Source: Phoronis australis (taxonomy: Eukaryota; Animalia; Phoronida). From it: a stretch of 64,000 nucleotides of DNA. Below, piece by piece: positions 24,601 through 34,941 of the stretch (position 1 is the first letter of the stretch; each line of letters begins with the position of its first letter). The notes beneath the pieces are model-generated. The model ran no database searches. It was not told the origin of the DNA and was given only the letters and a program-made list of their open reading frames with translations. Location: NCBI GenBank assembly GCA_002633005.1, contig NMRA01000038.1, positions 1,244,883 through 1,308,882 on the forward strand. The letters run 5' to 3'. Made by a program: the position numbers and the translations under genes.

Positions 24601-27600
24601 TCAATGACACTGCTTTTCTAAAGCATTGTAAACATGCAGTGACATGACAGATAACTAGGTGCATTTTAAGTAGTTTTCAAGTTTTAATTTCAGAGTAATG
24701 ATGCCGGCGACTAGAGAATCTTTTGTGCAAAAAAATTTACTAATCTACATATCAATTCCATACATTTTGAGGCTGACTTTCACTTCATTTTTTTTTGTAA
24801 AATGATTGCTTAGCCATAAATGCACCAAAACGCATGTTGCAGTGGACGCATACCTTCAATTCTTGTCCCCTCAAATGATCTATGTTGGTTTCATTCATGT
24901 TGTTAACGTGTCACAAATTTAATAGTGAGACAATTAACAGAAAATAAAATCCCATTAATTCCAGTCGCACCACTTGCTCAAGCTACTCACGCCTTTGTTG
25001 CGACACAGGAAACCATGCATTGTGGCCCACTGCTCCGCCCTCTCTCCGTTTCCCACTGTCGGCACACGCTCGTAGCCAATCAAATTCACAAATCTGGCCG
25101 CCTCTCGTGGGGTATCCAGTAGACGGCCAGTACGCAGCGGCTTGACGTATGAACACACAGGACGATTAACCCCATTCTCATCCTAGGATAAAAAAAGCTT
25201 ACAGCATCTGCAGTAGTTTCCTTTGCATCAATGACTGTTTTTTACCATTTTTAGCTGAATATGAGTAAATCTTTGAAGACGTGTCTACATTTTTATTACA
25301 TTCACTACTGCCCAAGGCTACAAAATTTGCGAACTAGTTGTTGATGACAATTTGACCACCTTTTAGAGTTATTTGTATTTTCCATCATAAGAGAGCTTTT
25401 CTGTGTATTCCACAAAGTTTTTGTTTAAAAAATAATATTTTTGGTCGTTATAATAAATCTTATTTCCAGTCAAATGTCAGGAAGACAAATTACTTAACGG
25501 ATAATGAAGACTGTAACCAGCACTACTTATTCACAAACCTGCGCAAATATCTTGACCAGTCGCTGACTGTGCGTGGGCCGAATCTGTAGATATTCTCTCC
25601 ACCACTGCTTGGCGTAGACCAGGAAGAGACGCTCACGCTCCGCCTGCTTACTCTTCTCCAGCGCCCTCTGGCTTGATATCACCTCTTCAGGGATTGTCTG
25701 TTTCGTCTTAGGCAAGAGCTCCAGCTGAATTTCCAGAATGCCCACGGGAACTTTGTTTTCTGTACCTAGAAAAAACACTTGGATACCTAATAACGTAACA
25801 CTGAGGCCTAATTAGATTAAACATAGACTTATTAGAAGGGTAGTACATTCAGCAAAATATCTAGACCAGAGAAGTTAACTCAACTCAATAAAAGTATTGT
25901 ATTTTCCTCAAAGAAGGAAACCTGTAGAATTCAATTTTGGATTTTACATGAATAAGTCATTTATAAGTTGTAGTAAATATTTGCAAAGAAAAAAATAAGG
26001 TACATTCATCGAAAAAATTGGTTTTCAATAAACATATTTAACCAATTTTCTTTTGATACACAATAAAAAAGACAAAAATGTCAAACACCATCTTATTGTT
26101 TTTGTAATATGCATATTCCTTTTTTTTCATAAAAACCGCATTAGGGCTGTTCCAGCAAAATCTGTATGGGAGGGGGGAAGGCACTTTTATTTCGTACCCA
26201 CCGCCCATATTTTTCATTTATTTCTCCGACCCATGACTCATAATTTTTTAATTATTTTTATAGGTTGAAATATAAAATCCAATACTTGCAAACAAATTGC
26301 CTCCAGGAGGACCTGTTAAGAACTTAGATGATTGACAGACAAGAACTAGTTGTCTTGTCCAATATTGTCAAAAACTAAAGTAGCCTGTGAGCAATACTTT
26401 TGGCAGCCACCAGGTGTCTCTGTTCACCATGTGTCTATAATTTCAATGAACATTTTTTCAATTATAAGCATCTATGAATCTCAAACTGTCTCCACAAACT
26501 CTTTTGTACTTCTATGTCAAGTGAATATTGGAACTTGTTTATCTTACTCCTCATACTTTTTATTTAAAAATCATCAATTTTCTTATATGTGTTAGCACCA
26601 GTATAGTGTTGCATAACTTTTCAATACATTAGGACTGCAGACCAACAGTTGGCTCAAATCAAGTTGCCCATGACTTGACTAATGGCTTAGTGAACATATT
26701 GCACTGTGTTCACTGGCAACATGGGCTTTTTTGTATTGGGATAAGTTAGGATATTAGCCAATTGCATTTTATTGAGTTTTGATTTCTTTGGAGATGTGTT
26801 GGGCTGAAGTAACCAACCTGTCAACATTAACAGGTAAAAAAATACCACCCATTTTTAATGCATCACTTCTTACAGGAACGACCACCCATAATTTGAGTTT
26901 TTTTCTGAAGACCACCACCCATGAATTTTTATTTCTACTGCCGTCCCCCCCCTCCCACACGGATTTTACTGGAACAGCCCTTAGTCCCAATTTTCGATAC
27001 TGCCTTATGCAAAAATGAAGTATCTTAAAGTAATTCCAAACGGCCTTTTGAGGAAGAGTGTATATAGCTTCTGGCGTAAAATTTTGCTTATTACGATGGC
27101 AACTGATTTTATTACCAAAAATAAGTGAGAGAACACTGCTGATTCTACTGAGGTTTTTATTTAGAGCAACGATTTTGGGATGTGGCTAATATTTAAATCC
27201 AGTTTTCACCCACCCACGCCATGAAGTTCTACAGCAATCGTGGTGCGAGAGTCAGGCGCAGCCAGGACACTTCGCCACTCGAGATAATGCGAGGCAAGCA
27301 GTGAACGGTCACCACTGGGGTCAGTCTTGATGAGAACAATGTGGACTGGGTCGCAGATGGACAGCATGGTAGTTGTGTCAGCCATACGACCGGCGTCACC
27401 TGCAGTCAGGATAGAGAGACAATGACAGTAATAATTACCCGTAATAATTATGCAGTACTTAATTATGGTGTTAATACTTAGAAATAGTAATAATGATGAC
27501 AATATTTTATCCTCTAAATTCTATCGATATCAAAACCAAAATAAAAAAGGCAGATCAATGACCACAAGTTTGCCTGATGATGAGATATGCAGTCTCAAAA

Positions 27601-30600
27601 TAATAATAGCGTTTTATTTTGTTTGTACGTTATGTCTCTCGGTGTTTAGCTACATAGCTGCAACCCTGAAAAAAGGAGATTGTTTTGACACTATGAGCGA
27701 GCCTGTATTATAAGATGTTGGAATAAATAGTTCATTTAGCTGTCATTAAGTAGTGTGTATTAGAACTGACACATTCATTGTTAATAAATCAGCGATAGCT
27801 TTTTAGCACCAACTCAGGCATAAACCATCCTCAATGAATAACATCTCCAGGCAAGAAGCGTGAAATAAATAAAGCTGCATTTCACCCCAGTTTAGGCGTC
27901 AATGTTGAATTGATCACATTTGTTTGTGGCCAAAACGGAAGCGGGAACTTTAAAATTAATGCGTACCAGCTTTGTGCTTTTTTGGAACAAAACTATCCCA
28001 CATGACATACAGACCTGAGAAAGTGGGTTTTCTATACACTGATGTAGATAAATTTTGTCTTGTGAATGAGGCCCTTTAGGGTTTAAAAACATTACCATGT
28101 TCATCTAATCATGAATCATTGCCAAATGAGTAGGCAACTCAAGTCACAGGTAATGTATGCATGCGCCATTTTCGAATGCACAATTTTAGGGTTGGCCACC
28201 CCCAATGGTTTTGATGTTCTTGTTGGTAACGGAGGTAGAATTCTATCATAGTAAGGAATATTATGAAAGGTACATTTCGATTTTAATTTTTAGCCAGCAA
28301 AAGAGGACGAAATGCACCTTTAAACAAGTAGATTATGTACATTTTGGGATTCGAGTTGTGTGGAATCAAGACAGCAACATGCACAAATTCTTAACATATC
28401 ATTTGTATAAATTTCAAAATCTACAATTACATGGCCCCATTTATTGTTACAGGAACTATAATATGTCATGCCATTACCTTAGCACATCACATAAAATAGC
28501 TATTGCTGTAACACACAACACTACAGAATAAGAAACAACCAATAGGCAAAATCAACCAATACCAGCATTCTCTTTGTGCACTTCCAGTAGGAATCCCTCC
28601 ACAATGGCAGGTTCACAGGCACAAGGTGCTGGCTTCGACTTGAACCTCTGGCCACGAAAGTTGATGTGGACTGTGAAGGTTGACGTGATCTGTCCGGGAA
28701 GAGGCTCTGGTTCTTGAAGATGTTCCAAAAATGCTTTGCCACCAAGAATCTGAATATACAGATGTCGCTTGCCCGGATCAATATTGGCTGAAAGTAAAGA
28801 TTTTATAACTACTAGATCACCTTCTGTAACTATGATTACTACAAAATTGCCAATTTATAAAATATTGTAAGCGGGTAGTAAGTATTCAATTAGATGTACA
28901 CGGCACGAGTGCAAATATATAAACACCAAAAGCTGCTATTTGACATTTGAATTTTTTTATTATAACTACATTTAATCATCTACATCAGAAAACAAATGCA
29001 AAACTATGAAGAGAAATTAAACAAATCAATCAAAACGCGGAAATATGACTGAAAACAATATTTGCCAGAAGTTTCACAATCTTATTTACAACAGTTGTGG
29101 CAGATGAGATTTACCCAAGACATTTCCATCAGGTACAGATTACCATCACAACTACGGAACCTGCCAATTATTTCAAAAGTACAAAAATATATTACTATAT
29201 TTCTAATTCTACCTGTGAGATTCTGTTTCAATTTCTGTTCTGTGTCCACAAAGTGTGTAGCAGGTTTTCGAGTGGCTCTGTCTCCAGTCTCCACCTTGTC
29301 AAACTTCAAATCCTGCATTATCTCATCCACCACTCCGCGTCGACGAAGATTTTCAAACAGATCTGTTTCGCTCATGGCCTGTGCTTGAGTGCCGTCATCT
29401 TGCATGGACTGCGACAGAGCTTCGCGGATACGCGACTGAACATCAAACTTTCAAATAAAACACGAGTTAAATAAAGATTTCAAAAATTAAAATGGCAATG
29501 AACCCAAGTTTCATCAAAGAAACTAAATTTTGACTTAGACCAGTTACCGAGCTACATAATTGGCCTCAGCTTACTTCATGTGATTTTGGTCATGCAATGA
29601 ACATAAAGTTTGTTATTGCTAGAGACCACATACATACTATAAACTGACATGTCATGACAAGCTAATCTGTAGAACCTGGAGCCTGTTCCAAGAAAACTGA
29701 CTTAACTAAGACAAATCTTAAATTTCAGTCAATTTAAAGATTAAAACTTAAATTCGTCTCAACTCCGATTCAAGAAAATCTTAACTTTGACTTAACTTTT
29801 TTTACTTAAATTTTGTCTTAATTTTGACTGACTTGTGGATGTGGAAGTTTCAAATTTGGAAGTTGAAACAAATCTTAGACTTAAGTCAAAAATGAACTTA
29901 CCCATAATTCAGTTTCTTGTAACGTGCATCTGCTCTCAAGCAATAACTTGTCAAGTCTATCCAAGCCCATAAATCACACTTAACTAATGAGCAGTTTGAA
30001 ACTTCATAACAGTAAGTGGTCTGACAGGGATATTCCTGGACTGCACCATTGAGCCACTAGGGCATAAAAAAATAAAGTCGCAAGTACATTGCAGCACTTT
30101 GGCAAAAATGCAAGATTCTAGTCAACTTACAGCCAGTAGGGTAAAACATGACTCTGCTGTTATTTCGATTGTCCTTAAGGTTTCTGTTTCATATATGTTA
30201 CCACTTCAGTTATGCTAAGACAACCCAGGGCACATCTTTTTGAAAAGAAGACACACTTTTTATCATAAGGTGTGCCCAAAAGCAAACCTGGTCAGGAACA
30301 TCCCTGCTTCCACCAAGCCGCTGTGACCAGGAATTCCGAGTCATTTTCTCTAAATACTTTTCGGAGTGTACTGTTCCATAGTACTGATTATAATATTCAT
30401 TTCAAGGAAGAAGGAAATCTGTAGAATATGATTTTTGAGCTTATATACCAATCTGCAATTAACTGGGGCAGGTGACCGTGTTTTTTAATTAAACAAAAAA
30501 GACAGGTAAAGCAATGGTATCAATGGCATGACCAAATTTCATTTGACAGAAATATTTCGGATGGATGAAATCTCCACAAAACTGCTACACTTTCCCAAAA

Positions 30601-31144
30601 TATCCATTTATTGTTTACAACTTTTGAGTTTTTTCATAAAAATTATGAAATGTAATTCTGGATTTCTGAAAACCTCTCACGCCAAACTCAAACATCTCTA
30701 TAAACAATTCCAAAACAAAGTTATATAATGATGAACAGTGCATAAATCACAGAACTTGAATGTCTCATTTAAATCTTTTTTTTCTTACATAATATTACCA
30801 CACCGCCAGAAATCGCTTTCGCGTTAAATCCAGGTACTCAGTAACACCCTTGCATACAGTAACTTCCAAAATTGAGCTTAGAGGAGTAGGAAACACCTTT
30901 GTGCAATGCTCGATTGTCAGCCAGTAAGGCCAGTATTCGAACCCGGATCTCCCAAACAGGAGTTCGGAGCTTAAACCCTGAGACAGACCGTCTCTTCATT
31001 TGAATCTGACCAGCAGCCATTTCTGAGAACTTAAGCAAACTTGGTAATTTTTCTAGGTTAAATCCTAAATGTAAACAGTACCTGTGACAAGTGATTGTGT
31101 ATTATCTGTTTCAATTCAGATATCTTCTCAGGGGACAGCGCCAT
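15534..31144 (-). CDS. CEP76: Centrosomal protein of 76 kDa; complement join(31082..31144,29213..29447,28563..28787,27214..27399,25539..25765,24991..25182,22973..23136,22604..22724,19838..20050,18718..18805,16027..16156,15534..15672)
   Basis: Twelve exons join in frame from MALSPEKISELKQII to VWIMYACKYKSIL*. Includes C2-region ILGGKAFLEHLQEPEPLPGQ, RLFLVYAKQWWREYLQIRP and transglutaminase-like GDCEDHAVLLCSLLLGFG, all matching CEP76 as recalled. Confidence 0.96.
16027..16156 (-). CDS. CEP76: CEP76 exon (LSAGNEEFQHAIRRCVPDGHTFKGYPIQFVHRNARKAFTSSL)
   Basis: ctgtag / gtaagg; conserved peptide. Confidence 0.92.
16151..16240. repeat. Degenerate 14-15-bp tandem repeat overlapping a CEP76 splice acceptor
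   Basis: Six units of a(t/c)aatc.ta..gac. Confidence 0.75.
16796..16865 (+). mobile_element. Degenerate tRNA-derived fragment (duplicate at ~17746..17815)
   Basis: A box tggtgcagtgg, B-box-like ggttcaaaac; no intact cloverleaf. Confidence 0.4.
16965..17455. repeat. 14-bp minisatellite (acaatcctacagac)n
   Basis: Directly visible tandem units, homogeneous around 17340..17450. Confidence 0.92.
17920..18203. repeat. 14-bp minisatellite, shorter second copy
   Basis: Same unit inside the duplicated block. Confidence 0.9.
18718..18805 (-). CDS. CEP76: CEP76 exon (DIGLTTCWDDQLSYLLTPALAAYETERIT)
   Basis: tttcag / gtgtgt; conserved peptide. Confidence 0.92.
19838..20050 (-). CDS. CEP76: CEP76 exon (VSDDVPICVFNFDDQSRWKSMSEDAI...QHRE)
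   Basis: ttggcag / gtgaga; 71 codons. Confidence 0.92.
20293..20482. repeat. Local direct duplication, ~120-bp period
   Basis: tacatggcccgtgtaagtaaaca...gggtttatggtcgtggctga...ttttattacccc occurs twice. Confidence 0.75.
21986..22223. mobile_element. Same MITE family (copy 2, inverted)
   Basis: cagagcttgcaat ... attccaagccctg; flanked by ttcctt on both sides. Confidence 0.75.
22604..22724 (-). CDS. CEP76: CEP76 exon (YIHNPINPDDPP...YPYRTVGCVFNHTSFYANSQ)
   Basis: gcacag / gtaatg; conserved peptide. Confidence 0.93.
22973..23136 (-). CDS. CEP76: CEP76 exon (DCEDHAVLLCSLLLGFG...FWESLTGN)
   Basis: cctcag / gtactt; DCEDH motif. Confidence 0.94.
24991..25182 (-). CDS. CEP76: CEP76 exon (DENGVNRPVCSYVKPLRTGRLLDTPREAARFV...FLCRNKG)
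   Basis: cctag / gtgagt; 64 codons. Confidence 0.94.
25539..25765 (-). CDS. CEP76: CEP76 exon (TENKVPVGIL...RLFLVYAKQWWREYLQIRPTHSQRLVKIFAQ)
   Basis: ttctag acceptor; highly conserved peptide. Confidence 0.94.
26144..26980. mobile_element. Same element (copy 2) with TTA target-site duplication
   Basis: tta|gggctgttcc ... ggaacagccc|tta; a 3-bp TWA TSD is characteristic of PIF/Harbinger. Confidence 0.9.
27214..27399 (-). CDS. CEP76: CEP76 exon (DAGRMADTTTMLSICDPVHIVLIKTD...ELHGV)
   Basis: ctgcag acceptor; phase 1-1. Confidence 0.92.
28563..28787 (-). CDS. CEP76: CEP76 exon (NIDPGKRHLYIQILGGKAFLEHLQEPEPLPGQ...)
   Basis: tttcag acceptor; highly conserved peptide. Confidence 0.93.
29213..29447 (-). 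CDS. CEP76: CEP76 exon (FDVQSRIREAL...LRRRGVVDEIMQDLKF...)
   Basis: Conserved LRRRG..D..M..L.F; splice phases fit. Confidence 0.9.
31082..31144 (-). CDS. CEP76: CEP76 first coding exon (MALSPEKISELKQIIHNHLSQ)
   Basis: Matches recalled MSLPPEKASELKQLIHQQLSK; CAG|gtac donor; acceptor ctgtag 26 nt upstream of the ATG suggests a further 5' exon. Confidence 0.88.
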
Positions 31145-31899
31145 CTAGCCTCGTCTTCTAATGTTGATTCCTACAGAGACGCAGAGCTCTCCTCAGATCT
31201 ATCTGTGGCTGAAACAAGATGCTCTGCCTCATGTATAATCGTAACTCAGAATTGAGTCAATTCCACATCACTTCACACATAATTTTATTGCATGCTGGAA
31301 GAAATAAAGAAACTCGTCTCATAGTGAATAAAAAGATAAAAAGACGAAATAGAATTACATTGTCTGTCTCATAGTCATGATTTGTTGTTTTTTGGTTCAT
31401 CCCTGCATCAAATTTGAAAGCTGAAGAGCAACTACCACTGACAATGAAAGAGAAGTTTGGTAACGCCATGACCTGGTGAGGTCAAGTGTTGATAACTTCG
31501 ATGACACAGACGTTTCGCTATAAAATTGACACATTTACTGCAATTTTAAAGTTGGACCAATATTGGATTTTTAAAAGTGTTCCTACTACTGGACAAATAT
31601 GAATGAACTACATGTTTCAGCATTTTAATATGAATTTTGAAAGTATAAAGGTTGGCTACTAGCATCCACATATTCTTAAATAGTGCACAGTATTTTTTTT
31701 TTTTACTTTGAAAAGTAAAAATTTATTAGTTCCGTAAAGCCCCGCTGCAAGTGCTGTTTTTCGTGATGTCACCGAGGCTATACAGCACAGAGATCTAGGT
31801 CATTAGGCGTGCGAGTACGTAGTCCAGTCAACAGATCAACATGTGCATACTCACAACCTTTTTCGTTTTTCTTTCCTGTGACTATGATTCATCCCAGGG

Positions 31900-32330
31900 G
31901 CTAGCTGTATGTAGACTATCTTCAAAATACAACTAGGTACCAGTAGCACTGTGTGTTGAGCTCCGTTAGACTGAGAAATTTCACATGACAGAGCCGGAAT
32001 AGTTCTGCTCGTCACCTCGTCGCCAAACTTACATCAACATGTAGATCTCTAAACCGGCACGGGGAGCGTGCAAATATCTGGGTGTCAACTGACACTCACC
32101 TTGCCTGCTGGAGCCATTTAAGTGAAACACCATCTATTAAACCTTATTTTATTTCATAATTCTCAGTCTTTTGTAACAAAGAAAGCAATACGGTCAACAC
32201 ACGCTATTTCCTAAAATTTTGCGACATCTGTCGGGAAATGATGATAGCTTCGCAAGAGCAAAATTGTTTATGAAATTCGGTTTCCTGGTATTAAAATACT
32301 AAAAATTTGTAAGGAAATGAAATCACCTCT
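31900..32330 (+). mobile_element. Dispersed repeat family (segments A then B)
   Basis: gagctccgttagac...gttctgctcgtcacc and tttcctaaaatttt...gaaattcggttt recur at ~33775..34225, 35218..35310 and inverted at ~57155..57580; ends approximate. Confidence 0.7.
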
Positions 32331-32633
32331 ACTAATTTGTTGTGACATGTACACAACTTCGAAAAACAGTTCGATCGCTTGGAATAAGAACAACTCGGGT
32401 AACGAAACTGGCCAATAAGGCAACAGGTGACGGTGCCGAGAACGGCATCGTTCCACTAATAGTCAGCACTACACTGCAGTAAACTTGTATTATGAACTTT
32501 TGAGAGCTGAGATCGCAGACGAATTATACACATTAAGCACAGTTCTGTAGCCGAGAGGCATTAACCCAATGAGCTATATATTACAAAATAAGCTTGATTT
32601 ACCTTATTGCCTTCACCCACGTTACAGCCTCAG

Positions 32634-32658
32634 TGACGTCAGATGCGCGTTAGCCAAT
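32634..32658. promoter_or_regulatory. CRE (TGACGTCA) plus CCAAT box between divergent CEP76 and MEAK7
   Basis: Exact palindrome 32634..32641 and CCAAT 32654..32658; function inferred from position only. Confidence 0.35.
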
Positions 32659-33774
32659 AGGAATTAACATTGGAAAAACAACGCTTTTTTACAAAAATGT
32701 GAAAGAGTAACAAACACGTGATTTCTCATATAGACTTTATTCATCAATTAAATTACATTAAAAATGCATGTTATTGTACTTCAGGAACCTTTTAAAGTAA
32801 CCATGCATTTGTCATATCAATGTGCTCTGTAGTGGCCATTAGGACCTTCTTTCTTTTTATTAACCTCTGGTCAAATAAAACCTGTATCTGCTAAGTAAAA
32901 AATAGTGTCCTTACACTAATTTAAGTTGTAACTGGGGCCAGGGCTTTATCCAGGATTTCGAAAATAGGATGTCCAAAATGGGGTTTCCAATATTACAGGG
33001 CGTCCATGATTCCAACGAGGCATTACCCCCACTCCCCACCACCATTCACCAGTAACCCCCTCCCCCCACACACAGAGAGATTTTACAAAAAGTGCGTTGA
33101 ACAAGGCTTTTATATGTAAGTTTACAAAAACAGCTCTCTTGTAGTGATCTTTTTACTAAAAAAACTGTGTGGATCAAGACTTTTAGGTCTAAATTTACGA
33201 AAATAGCTAACCAAACAGGTATTACAGATATTACTGATTTTGGTTGAACAATGAGTGCAAATTGCCGTTATAAAGTTTGTCATATCATCTTAACTAGCTT
33301 TATGTCATCAAAGCTGCAGTTACCAAGGCAAAAAAATGCACAGATGATGCTAAGATGTTTATGGCAGAGACACAAGGCAACCAAACAGGTGTTTATGATT
33401 GACAGGTCTACTAAATACTTTGAAAATAGTTTGAACATTGTAACATTTTACATACATTTTATATACATTGTATATTTATTTCCAAGTGGGAAGGCCCAAC
33501 TTCTCTTTCATTAACTGGAGTCCTAGTGATCTTACAATGTGGGTGTCCAAAGGAGAAATTCTGATTGACAGGGCGTCCAAATGATACATTGGGTGTCATT
33601 GCCAGATTAGTGCTAGGACGTAAGCTGCATGATGGCAGACCTCAGACAAAAAATTTAATAAGGGTGTCTACAGTCAGAAGTTTGGAAACAACAGGTGTAG
33701 GGACATGTATTAACATAAATTAATACAACAATAGATGTTTAGTAGTGAGAAATGTGTTTGTACAAGAAGTATCG

Positions 33775-34225
33775 TACAACTTTTCTTTGTTACAACAGGC
33801 AGAGAACTAAGCAAAAATGTTGTTTCTTTGATTGTTTTTTTACTTATAAACAGCTTCAAATGGCAAGTCGAGTGTTTCTTGACTCCCAGATTATGCATGC
33901 ACACCCGCCGGTTGTTAGCTCTACATGGAGATTTATGACAAGGTGACGAGCATAGCTACCCGGGCTATGTGATATTTCGGGGTCTAACGGAGCTCAACAC
34001 ACAGTGGTACCTACTAGTAGCTGTATTTTGACGGTACATACACCTAGCTAGCTGGTACATTGTTTTGAAAGTAGTACGCTTGCGACACGCAAACGCCCCA
34101 TTTCCTAAAATTTTGTGACATCTCTCAGGAGATGACAGCTTCACAGCACCAAAATTTGTTCTGAAATTCGGTTTGTTGGTATTAAAATACTAAAAACTTC
34201 TATTGGAATGAAACCAGTTCCTATA
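33775..34225. mobile_element. Same family, segment A inverted relative to B
   Basis: A on minus (~33775..34050), B on plus (~34060..34225). Confidence 0.65.
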
Positions 34226-34566
34226 ATATCGTGAAGAACAGTTGTTGAAGAATCAGGGAAAAAGAAACTGGACTTTATCTGCAGAACAATGGTAGAATGC
34301 CAACCTTTCCAACACCGGTAAACAATTAAGTTTACTCAAGAAAAAGTGTAGTTTTTAATCAATTTTTTGTCACGTCTTTGCCTTTGGCCAGTTTTTCTAC
34401 CAAGTAGGCGCAAAGCTGTACATTCAGTACACAGCTTTGCACCAAACCCAGCTGGCTGGCTTAACAAGTCACCTGGTTATCTTAAACACGTAACCCGTCT
34501 GAAAACAAGTATAACAAGTATGGTTTACCTGCTTACCTGTTTACACACCCCACACGGAATGTTTAA

Positions 34567-34783
34567 AAAATGGCGGCAACACGGGTGTAAAAAATGTTAA
34601 CGAGACAACTAAATTATTGTTTTTTACTTATTATCACTTTTACTTTGATTCAAAAGTTTTAAAAAACAATTTAAAGTTTAAATATTGGCCTATTTTTACC
34701 TTAAATAATAATTTTGCAATTTATGAATCCTTTACCCCAACATTATCTTGTGTTTGGTTTCTCGATTTAGAGGCCACTTCCGG
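34567..34783 (+). promoter_or_regulatory. MEAK7 proximal promoter motifs: YY1-like AAAATGGCGGC and ETS-like ACTTCCGG
   Basis: 34567..34577 and 34776..34783, just upstream of ATG 34813. Confidence 0.4.
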
Positions 34784-34812
34784 GTTCGATTAAAAGTAAG
34801 CTTGCACTGAAC

Positions 34813-34941
34813 ATGGGACAGGGAGAAAGCAGCGATAGCTTGTCGGTCTCTCCATTCTCAAGCAAAGAAAAAGAAAATGTCAAAGAATTGTTCAAGAAGA
34901 TTGCTGTGGGGAATACCACTTTTAATGAGGAAAATCTGAAG
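34813..34941 (+). CDS. MEAK7: MEAK7 exon 1 (MGQGESSDSLSVSPFSSKEKENVKELFKKIA...)
   Basis: aacATGG start, MGxxxS, AAG|gt donor. Confidence 0.82.
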
